This document shows positions 17,577 to 27,593 of a stretch of DNA of 41,431 nt, piece after piece. The first letter of the stretch is position 1. Each line of letters starts with the position of its first letter. Source of the DNA: a virus (lineage: Duplodnaviria; Caudoviricetes); the IMG/VR virus record IMGVR_UViG_3300024251_000003, positions 1 through 41,431 of that record. One strand, written 5' to 3'. The position numbers and the translations under genes were made by a program. Under the pieces are notes generated by a model. It searched no databases and had not been told where the DNA came from. It was given only the letters and a program-made list of their open reading frames with translations.

Positions 17577-19075
17577 TACGGCAGCCGTCCAGTAGTTGAA
17601 AGCGCCTCAATGTTGCGGGCTTTCTGTATCAGGTCACGCGCGCCCTGCGAATTCTTGCCTCCTACCTGTTTCAAAATATCATCAATAGCAGCACGGTCGC
17701 CAGTCTGGGATGCGTTCTGAATCATCATAATGCGCGGATCGTAGTTCTTTCCCCAAGCTTGGTCGAAATCGCGCTTTGCCAGAACGCTTTTTTGAGGATG
17801 TGAGTCTATGGCCTTCTCAAGTCCAGGCTGATAAGCTTGCACGCCGGCAGCGTTGGCATCAATCAGCTTTGCGAGTTTCTTGATGGCTGTCGGGTTGTAT
17901 CCTACAGAGCCTGAAGCTACTTTTGCAGACTCCAGACCAGCGTTAGTGTGCGGCCCCATTCCCTGTGCTTGGTCTATGGCTATACGTTCCAGATACTTGC
18001 CTACCAAGTCATATGACGAAGCGCGCTTTTCTGCAGTTCCCCACTCCAAAGCCCCGCCTAGTGCGCTGTTGATCTTCTGGAAAAATGGCCCTGTATTGCC
18101 TGTGGCAGATACCTGATCTATTTCCGACAGCACACCCCTAACGTTCTGGCGCAAGTCTTGTTGCTTGACGAACGCATCGCGGGCCGCATTACGCTGCGCC
18201 TCCAGCGGGCCGCGCGAGGCGGCATCCTCCGGCGTTACATATGGGATGGAAGCTGGGGCTCCAGAAGCATTCCCAGTACCACCCTGCGGGCCTCCAGCAA
18301 GCGGACGAGTGCCTAAAATAGTTCCGTTTTGCGCCTTTGTTCGGATGTATTTATTACCATCTGGGCCTTCTATAATTTCCTCAATATTTTCCGGCCCCAC
18401 TCCTCTAGGTGCGACGCTCCCCGGAATTGTTGATCCGACAGCGGCTGCTTGCGGTTGAATATTGATAGCCCTGTTTTCTGTTGGCCCATTAACCTGTAAA
18501 GGCGTCGGCGTCATAGACGCGCGCTGTTCTGCTAACGATTGAACGCTACGCCCAATCTGCAAAGCAGTTTCTTTGAACTTTGCCGGATCATTAGCCGCGC
18601 CCTGCAATACAGTACCAAACGCCTTAATAGCTGGCGCGAGGTTCGGAGATTGCTCGCCAAGACCCTGCAGTCGCTTAAACGCCTCCATAGGAGGCAAATC
18701 ACCCAAAGACGCAGTAAACTCACCAACGCGCTTTAGTTCATCGCCTTTGAGTGTGTTTAGCGTCTGCTGTGCTGCAGCACTATCCTTGAATCCCTGAATG
18801 ATTTTAGGGATGAATTCAGGCCCGGTAGTCGGTGCCGCCTTGGTCACGTCAAATATAATCTTGTCGTAATCCGGCGTTCCATCGGCTTTCATAAACTGCC
18901 TTGGATTGCTAAACAGGTCTTGAATGCCCTTGCGCTCCTGCAGCTTTATCTGATTTTGCTGTAGGTCTATGTTTCCGCGTTGCAGATTCTGTGACTGATT
19001 GGCAAAATTGAGCATACTCCCGATAGTCTTGAAACTATCAGGCGTTTGTATTCCAAGCGCTACCGGATCAGCCAT
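17576..19075 (-). CDS. DNA ejection protein (P22 gp20 position)
   Basis: N-terminal MADPVALGIQTP, Gln-rich; gene order. Confidence 0.7.
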   Translation of the reverse strand: MADPVALGIQTPDSFKTIGSMLNFANQSQNLQRGNIDLQQNQIKLQERKGIQDLFSNPRQFMKADGTPDYDKIIFDVTKAAPTTGPEFIPKIIQGFKDSAAAQQTLNTLKGDELKRVGEFTASLGDLPPMEAFKRLQGLGEQSPNLAPAIKAFGTVLQGAANDPAKFKETALQIGRSVQSLAEQRASMTPTPLQVNGPTENRAINIQPQAAAVGSTIPGSVAPRGVGPENIEEIIEGPDGNKYIRTKAQNGTILGTRPLAGGPQGGTGNASGAPASIPYVTPEDAASRGPLEAQRNAARDAFVKQQDLRQNVRGVLSEIDQVSATGNTGPFFQKINSALGGALEWGTAEKRASSYDLVGKYLERIAIDQAQGMGPHTNAGLESAKVASGSVGYNPTAIKKLAKLIDANAAGVQAYQPGLEKAIDSHPQKSVLAKRDFDQAWGKNYDPRIMMIQNASQTGDRAAIDDILKQVGGKNSQGARDLIQKARNIEALSTTGRLP

Positions 19076-20417
19076 TACCGTAATTCATCAATTGAGGAAG
19101 CGTGTACCAACCCAAGGCGTTGTTTGCGCCGCCTGTTAGTGCATTGGTAGCCCCGACAGTTCCGGCTGCCAGAGCTGCGCCTGCGGAGGTCTGTGCTTGA
19201 CCTGCATTGCCTGCCGCTGCCGTGCCAGCGCCCGCCGTGCTTGCGTTCGCCGTTTGACCAAGGCCCGCAATATTCGAGAGCCGATTGAATATGTTTGTCT
19301 GGTTCGCGTTGTAGTTGTTAAACGCCTGTTGGTAAGCATTCCCGGCATAATCCTGCGCAAATTTATTGATGCCCTGCAGAGTATTCCCACTAAGCATCCC
19401 GTTTTGCAGATTCGCCGCATTTTTGGTCGCCCCCAAGCCCTGCTCTAGCTGAAATTGATAGTTCGGAGCAAGATTCGTTTTCAGGTCGTTTGCGTCAAAT
19501 TGATGCTGGAACTGAGGTTGTAGACGTTGAATGTCGGCAAGCGCATTCATTCCAGCCTGACGCCACGGCGCTTGTTGGGCATTGATCGTGTTGAACATGC
19601 CGAGATTGGTCATCGCGGCATTATTCGCGGCATTGGCCTGCGTCTTGGCGGCCATGTTTGCGCCAAGTGCCGATACACCGCCACTAAGTAGAGATCCTAT
19701 GGCATTCGTTCCGAACTGACCGAACATGCCGCTTCCTGCGTTCGTTCCATCAGTTACAGCATTGACCCCGGCAAGTTGGCCGTTTGCCATTTCTTGCCCG
19801 CCCCAATTTCCGATACCGCCACCAGCATTACCACCACCTGACAACTGCGATGCGCCTGTAGATAGCGCCTGCTGCCCGAACCATTCAGGAGAGCCAATGC
19901 TGTTTATGTAGTTAGTCGCCCACGATGGCATGGATGATCCTGTGCCGCCTACTGTCCCGCCTACCGTTCCAGCGCCACCTGTCCCGCCTACCGTTCCAGC
20001 GCCCGTAGCCGCAACATCAGTAGCCGTTGTTCCCGGTGCTGCATCAGCCATCATGCTCCAATAGCTTTCAGGAACCGCGCCTCCAGCAGCTTCCGCGCCT
20101 GCCATCCCCGCTCCTATGCCAATCGCCCCAACAGCGGCCATCCCAAGAGCCGGCCCAAGCCACGACATAAGATCGCCCTGCGGCTTGGACTTGAACCACT
20201 GTTCCATGCCGCTATTCCAGTTCTGCATATCGGCATTTGATGCAATATACATTCCTGTCGCTGGGTCGTATTGATTCGGTAACTGGTTTCCGTAAAGAAC
20301 AGGATCAATCTGCCATCTTCCATCAGGCAATTGCTGTGCCTGCTGGTTCAGTTGCAAGCCGTTCTCATCGAGGCCCAAATAATTAGGCGTCATGCCGAAT
20401 TTGTAAAACGGTTCCAT
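19068..20417 (-). CDS. DNA ejection protein, P22 gp7-like with long N-terminal extension
   Basis: AAKTQANAA...PWRQAGMNAL...PNYQFQLEQG...RLSNIAGLGQTA in the C-terminal half. Confidence 0.75.
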   Translation of the reverse strand: MEPFYKFGMTPNYLGLDENGLQLNQQAQQLPDGRWQIDPVLYGNQLPNQYDPATGMYIASNADMQNWNSGMEQWFKSKPQGDLMSWLGPALGMAAVGAIGIGAGMAGAEAAGGAVPESYWSMMADAAPGTTATDVAATGAGTVGGTGGAGTVGGTVGGTGSSMPSWATNYINSIGSPEWFGQQALSTGASQLSGGGNAGGGIGNWGGQEMANGQLAGVNAVTDGTNAGSGMFGQFGTNAIGSLLSGGVSALGANMAAKTQANAANNAAMTNLGMFNTINAQQAPWRQAGMNALADIQRLQPQFQHQFDANDLKTNLAPNYQFQLEQGLGATKNAANLQNGMLSGNTLQGINKFAQDYAGNAYQQAFNNYNANQTNIFNRLSNIAGLGQTANASTAGAGTAAAGNAGQAQTSAGAALAAGTVGATNALTGGANNALGWYTLPQLMNYGNG

Positions 20418-20767
20418 TACACTACTACCTGTTCGCCCATGCCGGTTATAGTAAGAGAGGTTGCCGCGCTCGCGCCGCCCACAAGGAAATCTGTGCTAGT
20501 AAGTTTCAATCCAGGCTGAAAGTAAAAGAAACTAGTTGTTCCTGCCGGAACACTTACATCATAAAAAAGTTCTGTGCCTGCGGCGTTCGCCCCGGTTGCA
20601 CCCAAATACAGGCGAAACGTGATAGCGGTTGCGGCTTTGTTCGTCACCATCAATTGCTTGATGGAGTCGTAGATAAGCGCTGACGTGTTGTTATACACAT
20701 TTGTCGTATAGGTATTCGTCAGCGCCAGAGGGCCGAATGTGCGTTTAAGTTGTCCAGAGAGAGCCAT
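20417..20767 (-). CDS. Small structural protein
   Basis: Beta-rich, Thr-rich ORF in the tail module. Confidence 0.65.
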   Translation of the reverse strand: MALSGQLKRTFGPLALTNTYTTNVYNNTSALIYDSIKQLMVTNKAATAITFRLYLGATGANAAGTELFYDVSVPAGTTSFFYFQPGLKLTSTDFLVGGASAATSLTITGMGEQVVV

Positions 20768-20776
20768 AATATTTCC

Positions 20777-21919
20777 TTATATTCCCGCTACAGTCCAGTT
20801 TGTGCCGTTATAAAACGCCAACACTTTGTTTGTGCTGCTGCCTGCAATGGTCGCGCCCCATGTGGTCGTGTTGCTGTCTGTCACATAGGCATACATACCA
20901 GCAACACCTGTGGGCAACGAAGCGAATGCAACAGCTCCGAGCAGAGCAACTCCTTGCTTAGTGATGTAGAACAAGTCAGTAGAACCTGCGCCGCCAACAA
21001 CATGAAACGGCTTGAAGGTTGCTGCACTCGTAGTATCATTAAACGTAAACTTAACGCCCGTCGCTACGGACGAGTTATTATTTGTTCTGGTTAGTGATAT
21101 GGCCGCTACATCTGTGATGGCTGTTCCTGGGGTTATCGTTAAACCCCGCCCAGCCGCTCCCCCGGATTGCAGGATATTTGACCCGGCGCGTTGCAAATAG
21201 ACTGAGCCTGAAGTCGTTGGACAACTGATATAGGTGCTGTCCACATCGCCGGCAATATTGTAATTTGATGTGCTTGGCGTTGCCGTTGACGTTGACCACA
21301 TTCCAAACGTAGCGCTTGCTCCGTAATAACCTAAAGTAACACCGCTGTTTGTGCTGCTACCACTTCCAACTGTAATTCTTTTATTTGTGCTATCAAACGT
21401 CAGATTAGAACTATCACTTAGTAATACACCGGCAGCTTCAAATAATATTCTGCCAGCCGTTCCGCCTGTTATTGTTGTGGAGTTAATTGTTAATGACAAT
21501 GCTCCTGCCTGCGACCACGGTATTCCAGGCTCGCCATCCGCGCCGTCCTCGCCGCATATCGTGTATCCGTTCGCTCCGATTGCTCCAGTTGCTCCAGTAG
21601 CCCCCGTTGCGCCAATAGCTCCGTCTTGACCGGGAACGCCGACGCCACCGTCCTCTCCGTCTTGCCCAGGAATGATTAGGGTAATTCCATCTGATCCATC
21701 ACGCCCATTTCTGCCGGGGATACCGTCCATCCCATCCTGCCCATCCTGCCCAACCGGGCCAACACCTAGAAGTCTGTTCTGTTCATTGTTAAACGCCAGA
21801 ACGAGCGCGGCCAATACTGACCGCATCTGCTGCAGCCACATGAACCACTCAATAGCTAGAAGGCCGGTATCAGGATCGAATACCGGCCCCTGCGGAAATG
21901 AAATGTTATCGGTTATCAA
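20777..21919 (-). CDS. Tail needle/fibre protein with collagen-like repeats
   Basis: G-X-Y runs (GQDGQDGMDGIPG, GATGATGA); directly follows the gp10-like gene. Confidence 0.75.
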   Translation of the reverse strand: MITDNISFPQGPVFDPDTGLLAIEWFMWLQQMRSVLAALVLAFNNEQNRLLGVGPVGQDGQDGMDGIPGRNGRDGSDGITLIIPGQDGEDGGVGVPGQDGAIGATGATGATGAIGANGYTICGEDGADGEPGIPWSQAGALSLTINSTTITGGTAGRILFEAAGVLLSDSSNLTFDSTNKRITVGSGSSTNSGVTLGYYGASATFGMWSTSTATPSTSNYNIAGDVDSTYISCPTTSGSVYLQRAGSNILQSGGAAGRGLTITPGTAITDVAAISLTRTNNNSSVATGVKFTFNDTTSAATFKPFHVVGGAGSTDLFYITKQGVALLGAVAFASLPTGVAGMYAYVTDSNTTTWGATIAGSSTNKVLAFYNGTNWTVAGI

Positions 21920-23373
21920 TTCGCGCCTGCCGATGCGTTAAGTTCAGCAGAAACGACAACCCTATAAACAGGGTCGGTCATCTCAATCTCAAATATCCGG
22001 TCGCGTGAATATCCTAAACGCCGCTTTATTGCACGATGTTTGTATCTACCAATCTTCCCCAACTTCAAAGGATGATCGTTACCCCATGTAAAACCGCCGT
22101 CATTAGACCAGCGCAAAATGCACTCAGGATCATCCCCCTGTCCAGTTACAAGACCTACTCCCGGCTGAAACTGGATCTGTAGGCTACTAAAAAACTGCCT
22201 GTTCAAATCAGAAGTTATATGGCGACAGCGACGAATACATGGGATGGCATCACCGTCGTCTGTGTAGTCCTGCTGTGAAAGTGCATACAGCTTTCCGTTT
22301 TCAAAGTCCCCAACTACAATGTCATTACCGAAAACCGTGCAGCAGTTACTACGATGACGGTTAAGGATCCCCATATCATTGCGCCATGCTCTTTTGTGCC
22401 AGAGATTGCTTGCCAGATCGAAACACCACGTTACGTTTTCCGTGGGAAACGTGAGAACATAAAACTCATGCCCGCTCTGAGCGTATGAGTAACCTATCGC
22501 GTCACTTGTGACGGAGTAGCTCTGAAAGGCGCTTTCAACAGCGAATGTCGAAACCCTTACCGGAGTAGTGGTAGCCGCTCCCCACATAATCACGCTAGAC
22601 CTTCCTCTGTTATCGAGCGCGAGAAATATTACCGACTCACCAAGTCGTGCTATAGAAGCAGGCGCATCGCAACCGTGCTGCATTGAAGAACCGGGAATGA
22701 CTGCAAACGGAAACGGGAAAGTGCCTACGTTTACGTGACGCTCGCTAAAGTTCTCGCCTATGACCAATACCTGTCTATGGTCTGCGACCACCGCTTTTAT
22801 ATTGCATGAAGCGCCTATAAGAGAGCCTAGATTCAACGCTCCAGAGGCACTAGAGCTAACGTCCGTGCATCCCCATTGCCTCGTACCCGGTCTGTTATAG
22901 ATGATGAAGTTATCCAGGATGTCACACACGCCACCCTCAATGAATGGGCCATCAGTTACGGCGCTAAAGTATCCGCTCAAGAGGTCGTAAGCGTATCTAT
23001 GTTGCCCGTCTGTGAAGTATGCGGAAGTCCCGTTATCCGTGATGCTCACAGGCCCGTTAAACGTTAGCAGGCTTCCTATTACAGCCTTGGAATAGTCCGG
23101 CTGGATTAAATAGGCTTCACTGCCGCTTACGGCAATCATTTCATTTCCGCCAGGTAGCGTATGAACACCCCTTACTTCCGCTACGTCTAACTCTGCTCTT
23201 GTTACGGTTCCCGGAGTCGGGTAAAGGGCCATTATTCCGCGCTCGGCCGGCCCTTTTTCTGAAGCAGGTTTTTTTGTTGGATCAGTCTCGGGATACCAAT
23301 TGATGCAAGATTGGTCATCTTGGGTAATTGATGCCGCTTGGTATGCCGCGCCCACGAAATTAAAATCAGACAC
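21916..23373 (-). CDS. Tail hub / DNA stabilization protein (P22 gp10-like)
   Basis: LYPTPG, YAQSGHEFYVLTFP, WSNDGGFTWG, RRLG..RDRIFEI motifs. Confidence 0.9.
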   Translation of the reverse strand: MSDFNFVGAAYQAASITQDDQSCINWYPETDPTKKPASEKGPAERGIMALYPTPGTVTRAELDVAEVRGVHTLPGGNEMIAVSGSEAYLIQPDYSKAVIGSLLTFNGPVSITDNGTSAYFTDGQHRYAYDLLSGYFSAVTDGPFIEGGVCDILDNFIIYNRPGTRQWGCTDVSSSASGALNLGSLIGASCNIKAVVADHRQVLVIGENFSERHVNVGTFPFPFAVIPGSSMQHGCDAPASIARLGESVIFLALDNRGRSSVIMWGAATTTPVRVSTFAVESAFQSYSVTSDAIGYSYAQSGHEFYVLTFPTENVTWCFDLASNLWHKRAWRNDMGILNRHRSNCCTVFGNDIVVGDFENGKLYALSQQDYTDDGDAIPCIRRCRHITSDLNRQFFSSLQIQFQPGVGLVTGQGDDPECILRWSNDGGFTWGNDHPLKLGKIGRYKHRAIKRRLGYSRDRIFEIEMTDPVYRVVVSAELNASAGAN

Positions 23374-24046
23374 GGGATTCCTCCCAATCCAGCTTTGCGC
23401 CTTTTTTCAGGTTCTCTAATTTCCACAATGGCCGCTGATTGCTGTAATGAAAAGCAACCTTTTGTTGCTCTGGCTTTGATAGATCAAATGCGGCGAGCGG
23501 TATTTTGTGGTCAATATGCCACTCGCTCCTGTTTCCCCAATTCATTCCATTAACGAATTGACGCTCTATATACTCGCGGAAGAACTCATAAGAACATCCA
23601 AGCAGTTCGTTTGATCTTGCCGCCTTAGAACGCCCATTAAGAGCGGCGCAAATACGTCCGCGCACATTTGTTTTTAGATGAAATGTAGGATCTATCTTTG
23701 TTCTGTTTTTTGAATACTCTCTTGTATATTCCCTACAGTGCTGCCTGTTTTTATCAACCCATTCCTTGTGTTTTTTATAGTGCGCGTCTTTGTTTTTCTT
23801 TCGACCAATAGAGGAGCGAACAGCTATTGTTGGCGCATTATCAGAATGATATTTTTTATTGTATTCGCTCACTCTCTGCTTATTATTTTTCTTCCACAAA
23901 GCGGCTTCTTCGCGCGCCTTTTCTACGCGACGCGCACGAGAAGTTCTTGCATTAGCCCTGCACTTCTCTAGGAATTCTGGCGATTCTTCTCTGCGTTTCT
24001 TTACATACAAACGCATATATTCGCGCTTTTCTTCTATGGATTTCAT
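23366..24046 (-). CDS. Free-standing HNH endonuclease with basic helical N-terminus
   Basis: WHIDHKIPL...[16 protein letters not shown]; ATGA-coupled start 24046; lower GC than neighbours. Confidence 0.85.
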   Translation of the reverse strand: MKSIEEKREYMRLYVKKRREESPEFLEKCRANARTSRARRVEKAREEAALWKKNNKQRVSEYNKKYHSDNAPTIAVRSSIGRKKNKDAHYKKHKEWVDKNRQHCREYTREYSKNRTKIDPTFHLKTNVRGRICAALNGRSKAARSNELLGCSYEFFREYIERQFVNGMNWGNRSEWHIDHKIPLAAFDLSKPEQQKVAFHYSNQRPLWKLENLKKGAKLDWEESRV

Positions 24047-24972
24047 TGTGTGAACCCACCCGCGAAAATCCACGCCGAATCTGATCTTCTATTCATAGAA
24101 ACAAGAGCATCATCAAACCGCGCTACCTGAGGAGGCTGCATGTTGGTTCGCTTTACCCACGCCCTGGCCTTGGATGCGTTGTTGTGAAGTTCGGCAATAC
24201 CCACTTGATTGATAGCCCCGTAAGTGGAAATCAATAATTCCGCAAGGCTAAATTCGATAGCTAGTTGATACCCCTCCGGCAATGTCACTTCATCAGATAG
24301 CGAATTGAATTTGGCTAAAACCGTTTCGGCAAACATGTGCATTTCGCCGCTACCGGGAACAGGCCAAAACGTGATGTTTCCTACAGGACTTGATGGCTGA
24401 TAGTAAAGAATCCTCGGCCACGGACCGTTAAGCGTTTTTAGTCCGATCAGTTCGTATTGCTCTACGTTCACAGGAGTTACTATGTAATCCAGCGTAGACA
24501 CCCGAACAAAAGCACTATTGATACGCAGCGGGCGCTGGTAATAGGTTGTTATCGTTGTGCTGCTGGCGGTCTGCGAGATATTCACCTGATACGTTCCCGT
24601 AGCGCCTGCGCCGGTCAAGAACTTCACTACTTGAGTTCCTGCGGTTACTCCAGTTCCGGTAAGGAACTGTCCTAGTGCGATATTCCCGCTTGGAATAGAC
24701 GATACCGTGAGCGTTGTTCCTGAGATTGCCCCTGTAAAAGAGCCGCCTATCGTCCCGCCTTGACCTATCGTGTATTTATAGACGTTGTTGGTGAGAGTAA
24801 AAATTATTTCCGTGATGTAGTTCACCATGTTCGTAGAATTGCTCCACGTCCCTAACATGGCGTTCAGGCGATTAAATACGAAAGTAGCATCTGCCGGGTC
24901 CAATGACTCCCCCGGAGCGAACGCCCCAACCTCGCCCAGAGCGTTCTGTACAAGCTCTAGGGCTTGAGTCAT
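24043..24972 (-). CDS. Head-to-tail adaptor (P22 gp4-like) with inserted beta domain
   Basis: [12 protein letters not shown]...LNAMLGTWS and [17 protein letters not shown]; start reassigned to 24972. Confidence 0.8.
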   Translation of the reverse strand: MTQALELVQNALGEVGAFAPGESLDPADATFVFNRLNAMLGTWSNSTNMVNYITEIIFTLTNNVYKYTIGQGGTIGGSFTGAISGTTLTVSSIPSGNIALGQFLTGTGVTAGTQVVKFLTGAGATGTYQVNISQTASSTTITTYYQRPLRINSAFVRVSTLDYIVTPVNVEQYELIGLKTLNGPWPRILYYQPSSPVGNITFWPVPGSGEMHMFAETVLAKFNSLSDEVTLPEGYQLAIEFSLAELLISTYGAINQVGIAELHNNASKARAWVKRTNMQPPQVARFDDALVSMNRRSDSAWIFAGGFTQ

Positions 24973-25301
24973 TACCCACCTACACCTATTTGCGCCTTCA
25001 CAATAGCCGCAGCACCAGATATGCCGCTCATATAGCAGCCATTCGGAACGGTAATAACCTGAATGGTGCTGTGCATGATGAAACAGCAATTGATGACGTT
25101 AGACGCGGCGGCAGCATTCAGTTTCGCCTCCGCATCGCTCTGCCCCCATCCGACGACTACATCATCAGTTCCGTCAGTGTTATCAATCTTTACCTGCATG
25201 GCGGTTTGAGAACCCGCCTTACTGATAAGCTGGATAGAAGTCGGCGCTGTAGTATCAGCCGTGAAGCTCAACAACGGCCCTTGAGGAGTCCATGCAATCA
25301 T
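24972..25301 (-). CDS. Small virion-associated protein
   Basis: SD AAGGAG; head module. Confidence 0.7.
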   Translation of the reverse strand: MIAWTPQGPLLSFTADTTAPTSIQLISKAGSQTAMQVKIDNTDGTDDVVVGWGQSDAEAKLNAAAASNVINCCFIMHSTIQVITVPNGCYMSGISGAAAIVKAQIGVGG

Positions 25302-25311
25302 GGCAACTCCT

Positions 25312-25719
25312 TTAAGCTACTGGCTCAACGGTAATCGTAATCGCCCCCACAGCGTCTGTTGCCGTTCCGGTAAGGACGTAGCCGATAGAATCACCAGGAA
25401 CTAAAGTAAGGCTGGCATCTACAGGGACCAGTGTTAAATCCTGATTGGTGTCTGCAGTTCCTGCTACGTTGAATGTGCCGGAATGCAGAAGGGTGCCAGA
25501 GCCAACAGCAACAGCGCTGGCTGCCTTATAAAAGGCAAGTGTACACGCCCCGCCACTTCCTGCCACTCTGGTAACGCCCTGAATCGAAACGACGCGGCAC
25601 GCAATCGGCGCGGTAAATACCTTTTGAGTGACAAGCGCAGCAGTGTAATTAAATGTGATGTATTTACACGCGCTGGTCGCATTTGCTGCGCCAAGTACGC
25701 GCCCGGTTCCTACTGGCAT
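25312..25719 (-). CDS. Small virion-associated beta-sandwich protein
   Basis: SD AAGGAG; T/A/V/G-rich. Confidence 0.7.
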   Translation of the reverse strand: MPVGTGRVLGAANATSACKYITFNYTAALVTQKVFTAPIACRVVSIQGVTRVAGSGGACTLAFYKAASAVAVGSGTLLHSGTFNVAGTADTNQDLTLVPVDASLTLVPGDSIGYVLTGTATDAVGAITITVEPVA

Positions 25720-25731
25720 GATGGATCTCCT

Positions 25732-27156
25732 TTAAGCTGCCTTCAATTGTTTGTGCTGCTCGTTTAAATCGCGGTAAAACTGGTCAAGGCTAAGAGTCAC
25801 AATTTCACTGTGCATCGTCTTAAATTCAATCTGCGGTTCAATCCACAGTTCGCCAATGGCAGACCATCTCTTGCAGAACATCGCATCGCCAGAAATTCCA
25901 GGAACGCCACTGAAAAATGCGGTAATCCGGTAATCACTTGCCATCTGCGCGGTTTCATCCTGATACAGCAACTCGGGATGAGCCTCACGCAACTTGAGTA
26001 GCGCGCTTTTCTTGATGCGCAAGAAATCCGATGAAAGCACTTCAGCTTTCAACAGCGGATTTTCCCCATACATGACACCCTGCGGCGCACCATCCTTGAT
26101 GACTGGCGCGGCGCTCCATACCTTGCCGCACAAATGGGCACCCCCTACAACCTCGTGCGTGTTTGTAAGAACACGCAGCATCCCGAGCGGCCCCCACTGC
26201 AACTCACTGTCGATAAAAAACAGGTCTGTGTATTGGCTCTCAAGAAAGCGCGCGCAAATGCCGTTTTTCTCTCTGTCCGATCCGGCATCGAAGTGCCACC
26301 AGTCCCACTCCACGCCCAATTGCTCAAGGCATCGAACAGAAGCTAAAAGGCTATTGATAAACCTATGACTTGCATTACCCCACTTTACAGGGGTAGCTAT
26401 CAGCAGTTTTCCAGAGTATCCAATACGAGGCGCTTCCGGCTTATGCTTGTTCCTGATGTATTGCATATCATCGAAGAATCCAGCACGATTGCTCTGCGTG
26501 TCAGCACTAAGCTGCGTCTTATCTCCATCCCGCATCCGAATGCAGGCCATCGGCTGATGCTGAACATGAATGTCATGCTCTTTTACGATGCGAATAAACC
26601 AGTCAATATCATTCGACGCGGCTAGTTTTTCATCCCAATAGCCCAGCGTTTCGTGTAGCGATCTGCGATAGAGCATGGTTTGCCCCATCAGCATGTTGCC
26701 TTCCAGTAGCGTTACTAACCATTCCTCACGCGACCTGTTAGCCGGCTTAGTGAAGCGGTCTACTCCCTGAATCGGAGTTCCATCATCCATCATCGGGAAC
26801 GGCATACCGAACACGGCAGCCACTGATGGATTTTCGTCAAGGTATGCGGACTGCTTTTCAACCATCCAAGGTAGGAGCAGATCATCAGCCCCAAGCGGGC
26901 AAAGATAATCGCCTCTAGCCGCCTTGAATCCGGTATTCAATGCCGCAGATACGCCGCCGTTTGATTCCCTGCGGATAAGCGTAACACTGCTATCCTTATC
27001 CACAAATTCACGGATAACAGAAACGCTATCATCCTTTGAGCAGTCATCAACTACGATTACCTCAAAATCAGTAGCCGTCTGGCGCAGCACGGAGTCAATA
27101 CATTGACCCACGTACCGCGCCATGTTGTAACAAGGGATTACAACTGACGTTTTCAC
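25732..27156 (-). CDS. Two-domain glycosyltransferase (GT2 plus second GT-A-like domain)
   Basis: SVVIPCYN...VIVVDDCSKD...GVSAALNTG...LGADD; second domain KLLIATP...TDLFFIDSE...DAMFCKRW. Confidence 0.88.
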   Translation of the reverse strand: MKTSVVIPCYNMARYVGQCIDSVLRQTATDFEVIVVDDCSKDDSVSVIREFVDKDSSVTLIRRESNGGVSAALNTGFKAARGDYLCPLGADDLLLPWMVEKQSAYLDENPSVAAVFGMPFPMMDDGTPIQGVDRFTKPANRSREEWLVTLLEGNMLMGQTMLYRRSLHETLGYWDEKLAASNDIDWFIRIVKEHDIHVQHQPMACIRMRDGDKTQLSADTQSNRAGFFDDMQYIRNKHKPEAPRIGYSGKLLIATPVKWGNASHRFINSLLASVRCLEQLGVEWDWWHFDAGSDREKNGICARFLESQYTDLFFIDSELQWGPLGMLRVLTNTHEVVGGAHLCGKVWSAAPVIKDGAPQGVMYGENPLLKAEVLSSDFLRIKKSALLKLREAHPELLYQDETAQMASDYRITAFFSGVPGISGDAMFCKRWSAIGELWIEPQIEFKTMHSEIVTLSLDQFYRDLNEQHKQLKAA

Positions 27157-27158
27157 AC

Positions 27159-27581
27159 TTACGCCGCGCCGGTAAAGTCGTACCCGTAAACGTAAACATC
27201 AGCCGTAGCAGCGGCAGTGTTAGCCGTGGTAACTCGCATATACAGATTCAGCGTAGTCTGCCGATCCGTGCTGGCAACCGTCATGCTGGCTACCTTTGCG
27301 GCCGTGGTTAGCGCAGACAAAGCCGCCGTGGTGACGATAGTAGTACCACCGCCGCTCGGAGCCGTGTAAAGGCCGGCCACTGCCTGCGCAAGACTCGCGC
27401 TGGCGTTGGTGACGATTACAGCAGACACGGAATAGTTTTTCGTCGCTATGGTAGGGATGACGGTATCGCCAGCCGTTCCCATATCGACGGCGTATTTATA
27501 GGCCAGCAGGCGAATTGCCTGATTGCTGGAAAGGTTCTCCAGCGGATAGCCTGTGGTAGATGCTGGTCCGGGATTGCTCAT
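27159..27581 (-). CDS. Putative capsid decoration/accessory protein
   Basis: MSNPGPASTT...ADVYVYGYD; first structural gene after the capsid gene. Confidence 0.7.
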   Translation of the reverse strand: MSNPGPASTTGYPLENLSSNQAIRLLAYKYAVDMGTAGDTVIPTIATKNYSVSAVIVTNASASLAQAVAGLYTAPSGGGTTIVTTAALSALTTAAKVASMTVASTDRQTTLNLYMRVTTANTAAATADVYVYGYDFTGAA

Positions 27582-27593
27582 GTTGAATGTTCC

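Noticed and set aside
23376-23400. Remnant of a duplicated adaptor C-terminus (AGLGGI) at the end of the HNH gene
   Set aside because: Similarity to WIFAGGF is too short and weak to support
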